NCBI RefSeq assembly: GCF_000021865.1
Contig: NC_014034.1
Coordinates: 480,001-512,000, forward strand
From: Rhodobacter capsulatus SB 1003
Lineage (GTDB): Bacteria > Pseudomonadota > Alphaproteobacteria > Rhodobacterales > Rhodobacteraceae
DNA length: 32,000 bases
Direction of reading: 5' to 3'
In this document: piece after piece, positions 8,688 through 17,371 of the stretch
Layout of the letters: each line of letters begins with the position of its first letter
How positions within the stretch are numbered: the stretch's first letter is position 1
Notes under the pieces: model-generated
Seen by the model: only the letters and a program-made list of their open reading frames with translations
What the model was told of the DNA's origin: nothing
Database searches by the model: none
Translations under genes and position numbers: made by a program

Positions 8688-8738
8688 GCGTATTTGGACC
8701 AAGAAAAAACCCTTTGCTATTTCTTGGCGCAAATACGC
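8688..8738. repeat. intergenic imperfect palindrome, copy A of the GCGTATTTG..CAAGAA family
   Basis: GCGTATTTGGACCAAGAAA (8688-8706) pairs with TTTCTTGGCGCAAATACGC (8720-8738) at 17 of 19 positions. It lies between the coaBC stop and the dut start. Confidence 0.7.
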
Positions 8739-8750
8739 CCTTTCGCCCTG

Positions 8751-9947
8751 TCAGCTTGCGCCAAGCGCGGTTGCGATGCGCAAAGCCAGCCTGCGGGCCA
8801 CCTCGTCCTTGCCCATCCGGTCCCAGCTCTCGGCGCCGGTGTCGTCGAGGATCGTCACCGCGTTTTCGCTGCCGCCCATGATGCCCGTGGCCGGGCTGAC
8901 ATCATTCGCCACGATCCAGTCGCAGCCCTTGCGGGCGCGTTTCGCCGCCGCATGGGCCGTCACATTCTCGGTTTCGGCGGCAAAGCCCACGACCAGTTTC
9001 GGCCGCCCCGTCACCATCTGCGCGACGGTGGCCAGAATGTCCGGGTTTTCGGCAAAACTCAGCGCGGGCGCCTGCCCCGTGCCGTCCTTCTTCATCTTCT
9101 GCAGGCTGGCATTCGCCACCCGCCAATCGGCGACGGCGGCGGCAAAGATCGCCGCCTCGGCGGGCAGGGCGGTCTGCACGGCCAAAAGCATCTCGCGCGC
9201 GGTTTCGACCCGCACCACTTTCACGCCCTCGGGCGGCGGCACCGTGGCAGGGCCGGTCACAAAGGTCACATCGGCGCCCAGATCGCGCAAGGCCGTGGCC
9301 AGGGCCGTGCCCTGCGCGCCCGAGGAGCGGTTGGCGATGTAGCGCACCGGGTCGATCGGCTCATGCGTCGGCCCCGAGGTCACCAGCACATGCCGCCCCT
9401 TCAGCGGCCCCTCTGCCAGCGCGGCGTGAATCGCCGCCAGAATTTCCGCGGGCTCCGCCATCCGGCCCATCCCGTATTCGCCGCAGGCCATGTCGCCTTC
9501 GTTCGGGCCGATGGTCAGAACGCCATCCGCCCGCAATTGCCGCAAGTTGCGCTGCGTCGCCGGGTGCTGCCACATCCGCACATTCATCGAGGGCGCGATC
9601 AGCACCCGCTTGTCCGTCGCCAGAAGCAGCGTCGAGGCCAGATCGCCCGCCAGCCCCGCCGCCATCTTCGCCATCAGATCGGCGGTCGCGGGCGCCACCA
9701 CCAGCAGATCGGCGGCGCGGCTGAGCTGGATATGGCCGATCTCGGCTTCATGGGTCAGATCGAAAAGGGCGGTATGCGCGGCCTCGCCCGCCAGCGAGGA
9801 AACCGAGAGCGGCGTGACGAATTCCGCCCCGGCTTTCGTCAGAACCGGGGTCACGGCAAAGCCCGCCCCGCGCAAGAGCCGGATCAGTTCCGGCGCTTTC
9901 ACCGCCGCGATGCCGCCGCCGATGATCAGCAGAATCCGTTTTGTCAT
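8751..9947 (-). CDS. coaBC: bifunctional phosphopantothenoylcysteine decarboxylase / phosphopantothenate-cysteine ligase
   Basis: MTKRILLIIGGGIAAVKAPELIRLL (flavoprotein N-domain), PAMNVRMW-like SMNVRMWQHPATQRN, and the CoaB part LVTSGPTHEPIDPVRYIANRSSG. Start taken at the internal ATG 9947, which has a GGAGGGG Shine-Dalgarno. Confidence 0.95.
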   Translation of the reverse strand: MTKRILLIIGGGIAAVKAPELIRLLRGAGFAVTPVLTKAGAEFVTPLSVSSLAGEAAHTALFDLTHEAEIGHIQLSRAADLLVVAPATADLMAKMAAGLAGDLASTLLLATDKRVLIAPSMNVRMWQHPATQRNLRQLRADGVLTIGPNEGDMACGEYGMGRMAEPAEILAAIHAALAEGPLKGRHVLVTSGPTHEPIDPVRYIANRSSGAQGTALATALRDLGADVTFVTGPATVPPPEGVKVVRVETAREMLLAVQTALPAEAAIFAAAVADWRVANASLQKMKKDGTGQAPALSFAENPDILATVAQMVTGRPKLVVGFAAETENVTAHAAAKRARKGCDWIVANDVSPATGIMGGSENAVTILDDTGAESWDRMGKDEVARRLALRIATALGAS

Positions 9948-9998
9948 GCGCCCCTCCGGTTTTGCCAAGCTGTAGGGCGGGCGGGCGAAGCGCGCAAG

Positions 9999-10808
9999 TT
10001 ACCGGAACGCCTGGCAGGGGTCTTCGCGCACCGCCGGATCGGTGACGATCCACAGATCGAAGTGCTGATCGCCCCCGGCCGGGCGTTCCAACTGACCCAG
10101 CGAGAGCAGCTTTACCCCCGGATCGGCCCGGGCAATCAGCGCGGGCACGGCGCGGTCGGTCCGGGCATGGCCCGAGCCGGTGATCAGCGCCACCGGCCCG
10201 CCCGTGTCCGCCAGCGCCTGCAACGTCGCCTGCGCAAAGGCACCATCGCGCAGCCGCTGCGCCGCGACCATCCCGGGCAGCATTTCGGGCGGGAGCGCGT
10301 TGCAGTGATCGGCCTGCGTCTCGGCTTCCAGCTGCGCCTGCAGATCGGCGGGATAGGGCGTGTCGAGGCCGAACCGCGCGGCCTCGGGGAAGACCTGCGC
10401 CAGCGGCTCCTTCATCGCGCGGCGCACCTGGTCGCGCGGCAGGGCGGCGCCATAGATCCGCGCCGTGGGAGCGGCGGCAAAGATCGGCGCATAGAGCGCG
10501 AAATCCGGCCAGCCCGCAGCCTCCCAGCCCAGAACCTTGGCCAGTTCGTCAGGCTTGCCGATCAGATCGGGGGTCACCTTCGCCGCCTGCGCCGGGTCGA
10601 GCATTTCGAAAACCAGCGCCTTGGGCTGCAAGGCCGCCACCGCCGCGGCCTGCGCCAGGTGGTGCGCGGCATTGTCATGCACCTCGCCCAGAACCGCAAC
10701 CTGCGGCGCCGCGGCAAGGATCCGCGCCGGCAGGTCCGCGGCGGAAATTTCCCCTGCTGCAGCCGGAGCCGCCAGCGACAGGGCCAGAAGAACGCCAGAA
10801 ATCCTCAT
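9999..10808 (-). CDS. ChaN-family (haem-binding uptake / Tiki-fold, DUF399) periplasmic protein
   Basis: Signal peptide MRISGVLLALSLAAPAAAG. Also LGEVHDNAAHH, and GSGHARTD near the C-terminus. ATGA overlap with the rpoH stop codon. Confidence 0.7.
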   Translation of the reverse strand: MRISGVLLALSLAAPAAAGEISAADLPARILAAAPQVAVLGEVHDNAAHHLAQAAAVAALQPKALVFEMLDPAQAAKVTPDLIGKPDELAKVLGWEAAGWPDFALYAPIFAAAPTARIYGAALPRDQVRRAMKEPLAQVFPEAARFGLDTPYPADLQAQLEAETQADHCNALPPEMLPGMVAAQRLRDGAFAQATLQALADTGGPVALITGSGHARTDRAVPALIARADPGVKLLSLGQLERPAGGDQHFDLWIVTDPAVREDPCQAFR

Positions 10809-11683
10809 GCGAAGAAGCCGATCACCTCTTCCGAGCGGCTTTCCAGCGACTTGCGCATCTTGCTGAAGGCCTGTGCCTCGAGCTGGCGGATCCGTTCCTT
10901 CGACAGGCCCAGTTCCTCGCCCAGGCTTTCCAGCGTCCGCGGCTCGTCGATCAGGCGGCGCTGCGCCACGATATAGCGTTCGCGCGCCGAAAGCTGCCCC
11001 ATCGCCTGACCCAGCCAGTCGCGCATCTTCGCGCCGTCATGGGCTTCGGTCACCCGGGTCTCGGGGCTGCCGCCCTCGTCCTCCAGCGTGTCCACCCATT
11101 CTCGGCCGTCCTCGTCATGCGACTGCGGCGCGTTCAGCGACAGATCGGAGCCCGAGAGCCGCCCCTCCATCATCTCGACATCGGCCATGGAAACGCCGAT
11201 CGAGATCGCCACCTTTTCGCGCAGCTGCGCCCCGTCCAGCACCACCCCCTCGGCCTCGGCCTCGCGCTGGATCTGCGCCTGCACCCGCTTGAGGTTGAAG
11301 AACAGCGCCTTTTGCGACGAGGTCGATCCGGTGCGCACCATCGACCAGTTGCGCATCACGAATTCCTGGATCGAGGCCTTGATCCACCAGACCGCATAGG
11401 TCGAAAACCGCACGCCGCGATCGGGGTCGAACTTGTCGGCGGCCTTCATCAGGCCCAAGGACGCCTCCTGAATCAGGTCGTTCATCGGCGCCCCGTAGCG
11501 GCGGAATTTCGAGGCCATAGAAATCGCCAGCCGCATATAGGCGCTGACAAGGCGGTGCAGGGCCGCCTCGTCGCGGTGATCCCGCCAGGCACGGGCCAGC
11601 GCGGCCTCGGTCTCGGCGTCCAGATATTCCGCCCGCATAGCTTGCCGCGGAAGCGTGTCGTCGGTCATTCCATCGAGTGCCAT
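10805..11683 (-). CDS. rpoH: RNA polymerase sigma-32 family heat-shock sigma factor
   Basis: Region 2 DLIQEASLGLMKAADKFDPDRGVRFSTYAVWWIKASIQEF. RpoH-box-like SSQKALFFNLKR. Region 4 RTLESLGEELGLSKERIRQLEAQAFSKMR. Confidence 0.9.
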   Translation of the reverse strand: MALDGMTDDTLPRQAMRAEYLDAETEAALARAWRDHRDEAALHRLVSAYMRLAISMASKFRRYGAPMNDLIQEASLGLMKAADKFDPDRGVRFSTYAVWWIKASIQEFVMRNWSMVRTGSTSSQKALFFNLKRVQAQIQREAEAEGVVLDGAQLREKVAISIGVSMADVEMMEGRLSGSDLSLNAPQSHDEDGREWVDTLEDEGGSPETRVTEAHDGAKMRDWLGQAMGQLSARERYIVAQRRLIDEPRTLESLGEELGLSKERIRQLEAQAFSKMRKSLESRSEEVIGFFA

Positions 11684-11768
11684 GTCAGTCTCCCCGGGTC
11701 TCCCAACCCGCTGTTAGGCGTGCTCACTGCACCTACACTGACAGAAACGATCTGGAATGTCTCCAAGT

Positions 11769-11800
11769 TGCACTGTGCATCACAAAAAAATCACTGTGCA
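11769..11800. promoter_or_regulatory. two CACTGTGCA repeats phased 21 bp apart across an A7 tract in the rpoH/GST divergent spacer
   Basis: CACTGTGCA occurs at 11771-11779 and 11792-11800. The first is embedded in the 11-bp palindrome TGCAC-T-GTGCA (11769-11779). This is the most AT-rich patch of the spacer. Confidence 0.3.
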
Positions 11801-11860
11801 GGATTAACCATTGCGAAACGGCGCCCGGACCTTAGCATCCCGCGCAAAAGGGAGGCCAAG

Positions 11861-12547
11861 ATGGGTTATGAACTGGCGATCGGGGATCGGTCGTATTCAA
11901 GCTGGTCGCTGCGCGGCTGGCTGGTGTTCGCAAAGGCGGGCGTGCCGGTAAAGACCGTCTCGGGGCGGATTTACAGCGATGATTTCAAACGGCTTTTGTC
12001 GGAATTCGCGCCCGCGCGGCTGGCCCCTGCGCTGCGGCTGCCCTCGGGTCTGGTGATCGGCGAGACGCTGGCGATTGCCGAAACCATCGCCGAGCGCCAC
12101 CCCGGGGCCGGGCTTTGGCCCGAAGAGGCCGACGCCCGCGCGATGGCGCGCTGGCTCGCTTCGGAAATGCATGCGGGCTTTGGCGCGTTGCGCAGCCATT
12201 GCCCGATGAACCTGCGCGTCAGTTACGAGACCTGCGAGCCCCCCGAAGCGGTTCTGGAAGATCTGGCGCGGATCGAGTCGCTCTGGTCGATGGCGCGGGC
12301 GGCTCACGGCGCCGGGGGGCCCTGGCTGTTCGGGCGCTGGTCGCTGGCCGATGCCTTCTTCGCCCCGGTGGCGGCGCGGATTGCGGGCTACAACCTGCCC
12401 GTCGGCCCCGAGGCGGCGGATTATGTCGCGACCTGGCTGGCCGATGCCGATTTCCGCGCCTGGCGGGCCGAGGGCCTGGCCGAAGGCCCCGATCAGCCGT
12501 TTTACAAGCGCGACTGGCCGACCCGGCCCTGGCCCGGGCCGCAATGA
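11861..12547 (+). CDS. glutathione S-transferase family protein
   Basis: MGYELAIGDRSYSSWSLRGWL... is an N-terminal thioredoxin-like GST fold, followed by a C-terminal helical domain. GGGAGG Shine-Dalgarno before ATG 11861. Confidence 0.8.
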   Translation: MGYELAIGDRSYSSWSLRGWLVFAKAGVPVKTVSGRIYSDDFKRLLSEFAPARLAPALRLPSGLVIGETLAIAETIAERHPGAGLWPEEADARAMARWLASEMHAGFGALRSHCPMNLRVSYETCEPPEAVLEDLARIESLWSMARAAHGAGGPWLFGRWSLADAFFAPVAARIAGYNLPVGPEAADYVATWLADADFRAWRAEGLAEGPDQPFYKRDWPTRPWPGPQ

Positions 12548-12604
12548 TCCGTTAACCCATCCCGCCCGGATCTAGGCTACTGTGCAACCGGGCGGAGAAT
12601 GGGC

Positions 12605-14119
12605 ATGGTGGCAAGAACTTATACGGTGGCTTTCGAAGGCGTCGAGGCGCGGATCGTCGAGGTGCAATGCGCCCTGGCCGCCGGGATGCCGGCGTTTTCC
12701 ATCGTCGGCCTGCCCGACAAGGCGGTGTCCGAGGCCCGCGACCGGGTCCGGGCGGCGCTGGCGGCGCTGTCGATCGCGCTGCCGATGCGGCGGATCACCG
12801 TCAACCTCTCGCCTGCCGATCTGCCCAAGGAGGGCTCGCATTTCGACCTGCCGATCGCGATTGCGCTTCTGGCCGCGATCGAGATCGTGCCGAAGGAGGA
12901 GGTGGAAAGCCTCGTCTCGATCGGGGAACTGGCGCTGGATGGCCGGATCGTGGCGGTGGTCGGCGCGCTGCCCGCGGCGATGGCGGCCGCGGCCGAGGAT
13001 TGCGCGCTGATCTGTCCGAAATCCTGCGGCGCCGAGGCGGCCTGGGTGGGGGCGACGCAGGTTTTCGCGCCTGCAACCCTGACCGAGGCGCTTCGCCATC
13101 TGACCGGGCAGCAGCCGCTGGCCCCCGCGCGTCCGGGCGAGGTGGAGACCCCGCCCGCCGCCCGCGATCTGCGCGACGTCAAGGGGCAGGAACGGGCGAA
13201 ACGGGCGCTGGAGATCGCCGCGGCCGGGCGGCATCACCTGTTCATGGCGGGCCCGCCCGGCTCGGGCAAGTCGATGCTGGCGGCGCGGCTGCCCGGCATC
13301 CTGCCGCCCTTGTCGGCGCTGGAAGCCCTTGAAACCTCGATGGTTCATTCGCTTTCGGGGCTTCTTTCCGAAGGCGGGATTTCGCGCAACCGGCCGTTTC
13401 GCGAACCGCATCACACCGCCTCGATGGCGGCAATGATCGGCGGCGGACGGGGGGCAAGGCCCGGAGAGGTCAGCCTTGCGCATAACGGCGTGCTGTTTCT
13501 GGACGAGTTTCCCGAATTTCCCCGCCCGGTGCTGGAAACCCTGCGCCAGCCGATCGAGACCGGCGAGGTCGTCGTGGCCCGGGCCAATGCGCATGTCCGC
13601 TACCCCTGCCGGTTTTTGCTGGTGGCGGCGGCCAATCCCTGTCGCTGCGGCTATCTGGGCGATCCGGCGCGGGCCTGCGCCCGGGTGCCGCAATGTGGCG
13701 CCGATTATCTGGGCCGGATTTCCGGGCCGCTGATGGACCGGTTCGATCTGCGCATCGAGGTTCCGGCGGTCGATTGGCGCGAGCTGGATCTGCCCGCTGC
13801 CGGGGACAGCTCCGCCACGGTGGCGGCGCGGGTGGCGGCGGCACGCGAGATTCAAAGCCGCCGTTTCGCCGATCATCCGCAGATCCGGGTCAATGCCGAG
13901 GCCGAAGGGGTGGTGCTGGACCAGATCGCCGCCCCCGATGCCGAGGGGCGGGAGTTTCTGGGCAAGGTGGCCGCCCGGTTCGGGCTGACCGCGCGCGGCT
14001 ATCATCGCGTCTTGCGCACGGCGCGGACGATCGCCGATCTGGACGGATCGGACCCGGTCCGCGCCCCGCATCTGGCCGAGGCGGTCAGCTACCGTCTGAC
14101 CTTTGCGGCGGCGCGGTAA
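12605..14119 (+). CDS. YifB/ComM-family Mg-chelatase-like AAA+ ATPase
   Basis: MVARTYTVAFEGVEARIVEVQC, a Lon-like N-domain, Walker A GPPGSGKSMLA, Walker B VLFLDEFPEF and a C-terminal ChlI-like region. The second ATG (12605) has better spacing from the GGCGGAGA Shine-Dalgarno than ATG 12599. Confidence 0.9.
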   Translation: MVARTYTVAFEGVEARIVEVQCALAAGMPAFSIVGLPDKAVSEARDRVRAALAALSIALPMRRITVNLSPADLPKEGSHFDLPIAIALLAAIEIVPKEEVESLVSIGELALDGRIVAVVGALPAAMAAAAEDCALICPKSCGAEAAWVGATQVFAPATLTEALRHLTGQQPLAPARPGEVETPPAARDLRDVKGQERAKRALEIAAAGRHHLFMAGPPGSGKSMLAARLPGILPPLSALEALETSMVHSLSGLLSEGGISRNRPFREPHHTASMAAMIGGGRGARPGEVSLAHNGVLFLDEFPEFPRPVLETLRQPIETGEVVVARANAHVRYPCRFLLVAAANPCRCGYLGDPARACARVPQCGADYLGRISGPLMDRFDLRIEVPAVDWRELDLPAAGDSSATVAARVAAAREIQSRRFADHPQIRVNAEAEGVVLDQIAAPDAEGREFLGKVAARFGLTARGYHRVLRTARTIADLDGSDPVRAPHLAEAVSYRLTFAAAR

Positions 14120-15008
14120 GAACGCGGGTGACGAAACGGGCCGCATCGCGCAGGGCCTCCCGCGCCTCGGGGATCAGCCCGTCCATCATCTGCCAGGCAT
14201 GCGGCACCCCGGGCCAAAGCTGCAGCAGCACCTCGGCGCCCGCATGGCGCAGCTTCTCCTCCATCCGCAGCGCATCATCGCTCAGGATCTCGGTCTCGGC
14301 GGTCTGCAGCAGCACCGGCGGGCAGCCGGGGAAGGGGGCAAAGATCGGCGAGGCCTCGGGGTCGTCGGCGGGATGGCCCTGCAGATAGAATTGCGCGGCC
14401 TCGGGCAGGCGGTGGCCCGCCAGCATCGGATCGGCGGCGGCGTTTGCCCGAACCGAGGGCGAGGCCCCCGTCAGATCGAACCAGGGCGAAAAGGCAAAGG
14501 CGCCCGCGGGCGGCGTGCCCTCGGCACAAAGCTTGGAAAGCAGCGCAAAGGCCAGCGCCGCCCCGGCGCTGTCGCCCGAAAGCACAAGGTTTTCAGGCCG
14601 GTAGCCCTGTGCGATCAGCGCCTCCCAGACCGCTTCCGCATCGCGCAGCGCGGCCGGAAACGGGTGCTCTGGCGCCAGGCGGTAGCTTGGGGCGATCACC
14701 GTGACCCGCGCCAGTTTCGCCAGCCGCGACAGCATCGGCAGATGCGTCTGCGGACTGCCCGCGATGAAGACGCCGCCGTGGAAATGCACCACCGCGGCGC
14801 CGTCGCGCGGGACACCCGCCCGGATCGACAGCGCCGCCCGCCCGGCAAGATCAAGCGGCATCGCCACACTGCCCGGCGCGGGACGCAGCGCGATCCGGGT
14901 GAAGCGCTCCATCACGTCGCGCAGGTCTGCCGGATCGGTCATCTTCGCCAGCCGCGGCTTGGTGAACAGCCGCAGCCCAAGGGTCACAATCCGCGCGCGC
15001 AGGCTCAT
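14085..15008 (-). CDS. alpha/beta hydrolase, hormone-sensitive-lipase-type esterase (Aes-like)
   Basis: Oxyanion HFHGGVFIAG and nucleophile elbow GDSAGAALA. It starts 1 nt after the gshB stop codon. Confidence 0.85.
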   Translation of the reverse strand: MSLRARIVTLGLRLFTKPRLAKMTDPADLRDVMERFTRIALRPAPGSVAMPLDLAGRAALSIRAGVPRDGAAVVHFHGGVFIAGSPQTHLPMLSRLAKLARVTVIAPSYRLAPEHPFPAALRDAEAVWEALIAQGYRPENLVLSGDSAGAALAFALLSKLCAEGTPPAGAFAFSPWFDLTGASPSVRANAAADPMLAGHRLPEAAQFYLQGHPADDPEASPIFAPFPGCPPVLLQTAETEILSDDALRMEEKLRHAGAEVLLQLWPGVPHAWQMMDGLIPEAREALRDAARFVTRVLTAPPQRSDGS

Positions 15009-15009
15009 C

Positions 15010-15954
15010 TCACAGGCCCCGCTTCGCCTCGATCACCTGCCAGATCTTCTCGGCGACATTGGTGCCGTCGAAGCGTTCCAGCTCCTGAATGCCGGTGGGG
15101 GAGGTCACGTTGATCTCGGTCAGCCAGTCGCCGATGACGTCGATGCCGACGAAGATCTGCCCCTTTTCGCGCAGGGTCGGGCCGATGACGGCACAGATTT
15201 CGCGTTCGCGGTCGGTCAGCTGCGTGGGCTCGGGGCGGCCGCCCACATGCATGTTCGACCGCGTCTCGCCCGCGGCAGGCACGCGGTTGATCGCGCCGAC
15301 GGGCTCGCCATCGACCAGAATGATCCGCTTGTCGCCCTTGACCACGGCGGGAACGTATTTCTGCACGATCATCGGCTCGCGGTTGATCGAGGTGAAAAGC
15401 TCGTGCAGCGAGGCGAGGTTGCGGTCGTTCGGGTCAAGCCGGAACACCCCCGCGCCGCCGTTGCCGTAAAGCGGCTTCAGGATGACATCGCCATGCTCGG
15501 CCTTGAAGTCGCGAATCACTGCCAGATCGCGGGCGATCAGCGTGGGCGGGGTCAGGTCCGGGAAATCGAGAACCAGCAGTTTCTCGGGATAGTTGCGCAC
15601 CCAGAACGGATCGTTGACGACGAGCGTTTTCGGATGAATGCGATCCAGCAGATGGGTGGTGGTGATATAGCCCATGTCAAAGGGCGGATCCTGGCGCAAC
15701 CAGACCACATCCATCTCGGCCAGATCGACCTCGGCTTCATCGCCCAGGGTGAAATGGTTGCCCGGCTCGCGCCGGACCACCAGCGGCCAGCCCCGCGCCA
15801 GCACCCGCCCCTGCCGATAGATCAGCCGGTCGGGCGTGTAATAGAACAACATATGACCACGCGCCTGCGCCTCAAGCGCGATGCGGAACGTGCTGTCCCC
15901 GTCGATGTTGATGGCCGCAATCGGGTCCATCTGGAATGCAACTTTCAAGGCCAT
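15010..15954 (-). CDS. gshB: glutathione synthetase
   Basis: [12 protein letters not shown]...DSTF...LRQDPPFD...[12 protein letters not shown]...NMHVGG...[11 protein letters not shown], the prokaryotic GshB ATP-grasp signature. Confidence 0.95.
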   Translation of the reverse strand: MALKVAFQMDPIAAINIDGDSTFRIALEAQARGHMLFYYTPDRLIYRQGRVLARGWPLVVRREPGNHFTLGDEAEVDLAEMDVVWLRQDPPFDMGYITTTHLLDRIHPKTLVVNDPFWVRNYPEKLLVLDFPDLTPPTLIARDLAVIRDFKAEHGDVILKPLYGNGGAGVFRLDPNDRNLASLHELFTSINREPMIVQKYVPAVVKGDKRIILVDGEPVGAINRVPAAGETRSNMHVGGRPEPTQLTDREREICAVIGPTLREKGQIFVGIDVIGDWLTEINVTSPTGIQELERFDGTNVAEKIWQVIEAKRGL

Positions 15955-16010
15955 GACGCCCCCTTTCGTTGCCTCCTTGATGCCTTGCAGAGGGCCGCGA
16001 TGCAATGTCG

Positions 16011-16370
16011 CTAGTCGAACATGTAGGCGTTTTGCAGGATTTCGATCCGCCCGGCCGCATCGACCAGGGCGACGTCGAAACGCATGTCGAGATTGGCGCA
16101 ATCAGCCCTCGCCGCAACGAATTCTTCCGCCGAAAGACAGATCCGCTCCAGCTGCTTGCGGCTGATCCGTTCGACGGCCCGGGCATGGGTGTCGGCTTTC
16201 TTCACCTCGATGAAGATGACCTTGTCCCCTTCGCGGGCGATCAGGTCGATCTCGCCCCCATAACGGCCGCGCCAGCGCTCGGCGGCAATCCGGCCGCCGC
16301 CGCGTTGATAGAGGGCGGCCACCTGATGTTCGGCTGCAAGTCCCGCATGATAGGCCAGTGCTCCGCCCAT
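16011..16370 (-). CDS. yraN: YraN-family (UPF0102) endonuclease-like protein
   Basis: [12 protein letters not shown]...[20 protein letters not shown]... is a restriction-endonuclease-like core. The start ATG shares 1 nt with the rsmI stop codon (TGATG). Confidence 0.85.
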   Translation of the reverse strand: MGGALAYHAGLAAEHQVAALYQRGGGRIAAERWRGRYGGEIDLIAREGDKVIFIEVKKADTHARAVERISRKQLERICLSAEEFVAARADCANLDMRFDVALVDAAGRIEILQNAYMFD

Positions 16371-17278
16371 CAGTCTTTCTCCATTGCCAGCGCGCGCTGA
16401 TAGACCTCCCGCCGGGGCAAACCCAGCATTTCGGCCACTTCCGCTGCCGCGTCCTTCACGCTCAGGCGCTGCAGACGATCCCGCAGCGCGGCTTCGACAT
16501 CTTCGGGGCCAAACCGCGGCGCCCGGGAGCGGTCGACCAGAACGACGATCTCGCCCTTGATCGGTGCATCGGCGCAGCCCGCCACCAGATCCGCGAGGGT
16601 TCCGCGCCGGACCTCCTCGAATCGCTTGGTCAGTTCGCGGCACAGCACCGCTTCCCGATCTGCGCCCAATTCTGAGGCCAGATCGGTTAACATTTCCTTA
16701 ACGCGCTTGGGCGATTCATAGAAAACAAGCGTCGCCGGCACCTGTGCGAATTCCGCGATCCACTTGCGCCGTGCCTGTGCGGTGTTCGGCGGGAAGCCCG
16801 CGAACAGGAACCTGTCCGAGGGCAGGCCCGACACGGTCAGCGCCGCCAGCACCGCCGAGGGGCCGGGGGCGGCAAAAACGCGATGGCCCGCGGCAATCGC
16901 GGCGCGGCCGAGCTGAAAGCCCGGATCCGCCACCAGCGGCGTGCCCGCTTCCGAGGCATAGGCCACCGCCTTGCCCTCGGCCAGCGCGGCGAGCAGACGG
17001 GGGCGCACCGCTTCGCCGTTGTGATCGTGATAGGCGACGAGCGGCCGACCGGCCAGCGGGATGCCGTGAATGTCCATCAGATGGCGCAGGGTCCGCGTGT
17101 CCTCGGCCGCCAGCACCTCGGCCTCGCGCAGAATGTCCAGTCCACGCAGCGTGATGTCCCGCGCCGCGCCGATCGGGGTCGAGACGAAATGCAGCCCCGG
17201 CGCGGGTTTGCGGCCTGCGGGCCCGTATTCCTCGAGCGGCGTCACCGGCGGGCCGAGGTCGTCGTCAGGCTCTGTCAT
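16370..17278 (-). CDS. rsmI: 16S rRNA (cytidine1402-2'-O)-methyltransferase
   Basis: GLHFVSTPIGAARDITLRGLDILREAEVLAAEDTR...SEAGTPLVADPG...FYESPKR...LCRELTKRFEE. Confidence 0.9.
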   Translation of the reverse strand: MTEPDDDLGPPVTPLEEYGPAGRKPAPGLHFVSTPIGAARDITLRGLDILREAEVLAAEDTRTLRHLMDIHGIPLAGRPLVAYHDHNGEAVRPRLLAALAEGKAVAYASEAGTPLVADPGFQLGRAAIAAGHRVFAAPGPSAVLAALTVSGLPSDRFLFAGFPPNTAQARRKWIAEFAQVPATLVFYESPKRVKEMLTDLASELGADREAVLCRELTKRFEEVRRGTLADLVAGCADAPIKGEIVVLVDRSRAPRFGPEDVEAALRDRLQRLSVKDAAAEVAEMLGLPRREVYQRALAMEKD

Positions 17279-17371
17279 CGATCCGCCTACCGTTTCCGAG
17301 TCAAGTTTACTTCACGCGGCGAAACGCTTACGGTTCGCCCAATTCCCCCCGCCGGAACGGAGGCCGCTGTC

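Noticed and set aside
6209-8881. An 890-aa plus-strand ORF spanning the ABC, ThiF/MoeB and dut region.
   Set aside because: It is antisense to four genes with unmistakable family motifs. Its translation is Arg/Gly/Pro/Ala-rich with no motifs or hydrophobic structure. This is the classic shadow ORF of a GC-rich genome, where stop codons are rare in the complementary frame.
8649-10976. A 775-aa plus-strand ORF opposite coaBC, chaN and the rpoH 3' end.
   Set aside because: Same reasoning: low-complexity R/G/P/H-rich translation, fully overlapped by well-supported minus-strand genes.
11684-11770. Assignment of an RpoE-type or sigma-32-type promoter upstream of rpoH (for example CTTGGA...CTGTCAGT on the minus strand).
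   Set aside because: The spacing and the -10 element do not fit the consensus sequences I remember well enough. Calling the promoter class would be guesswork.
11801-11816. A possible CtrA-type site, TTAACCATTGCGAAAC (TTAA-N7-GAAA), upstream of the GST gene.
   Set aside because: Only one good half-site (TTAAC) is present and the second half does not match TTAA, so it is too weak to call.
12572-14146. A 524-aa minus-strand ORF opposite comM/yifB, and similarly 19510-21279 (-, 589 aa) opposite glnD and 17312-18304 (-) opposite the LpoA-like gene.
   Set aside because: These are shadow ORFs with low-complexity Arg/Gly-rich translations. The opposite strands carry Walker A/B, HD/ACT and lipobox features.
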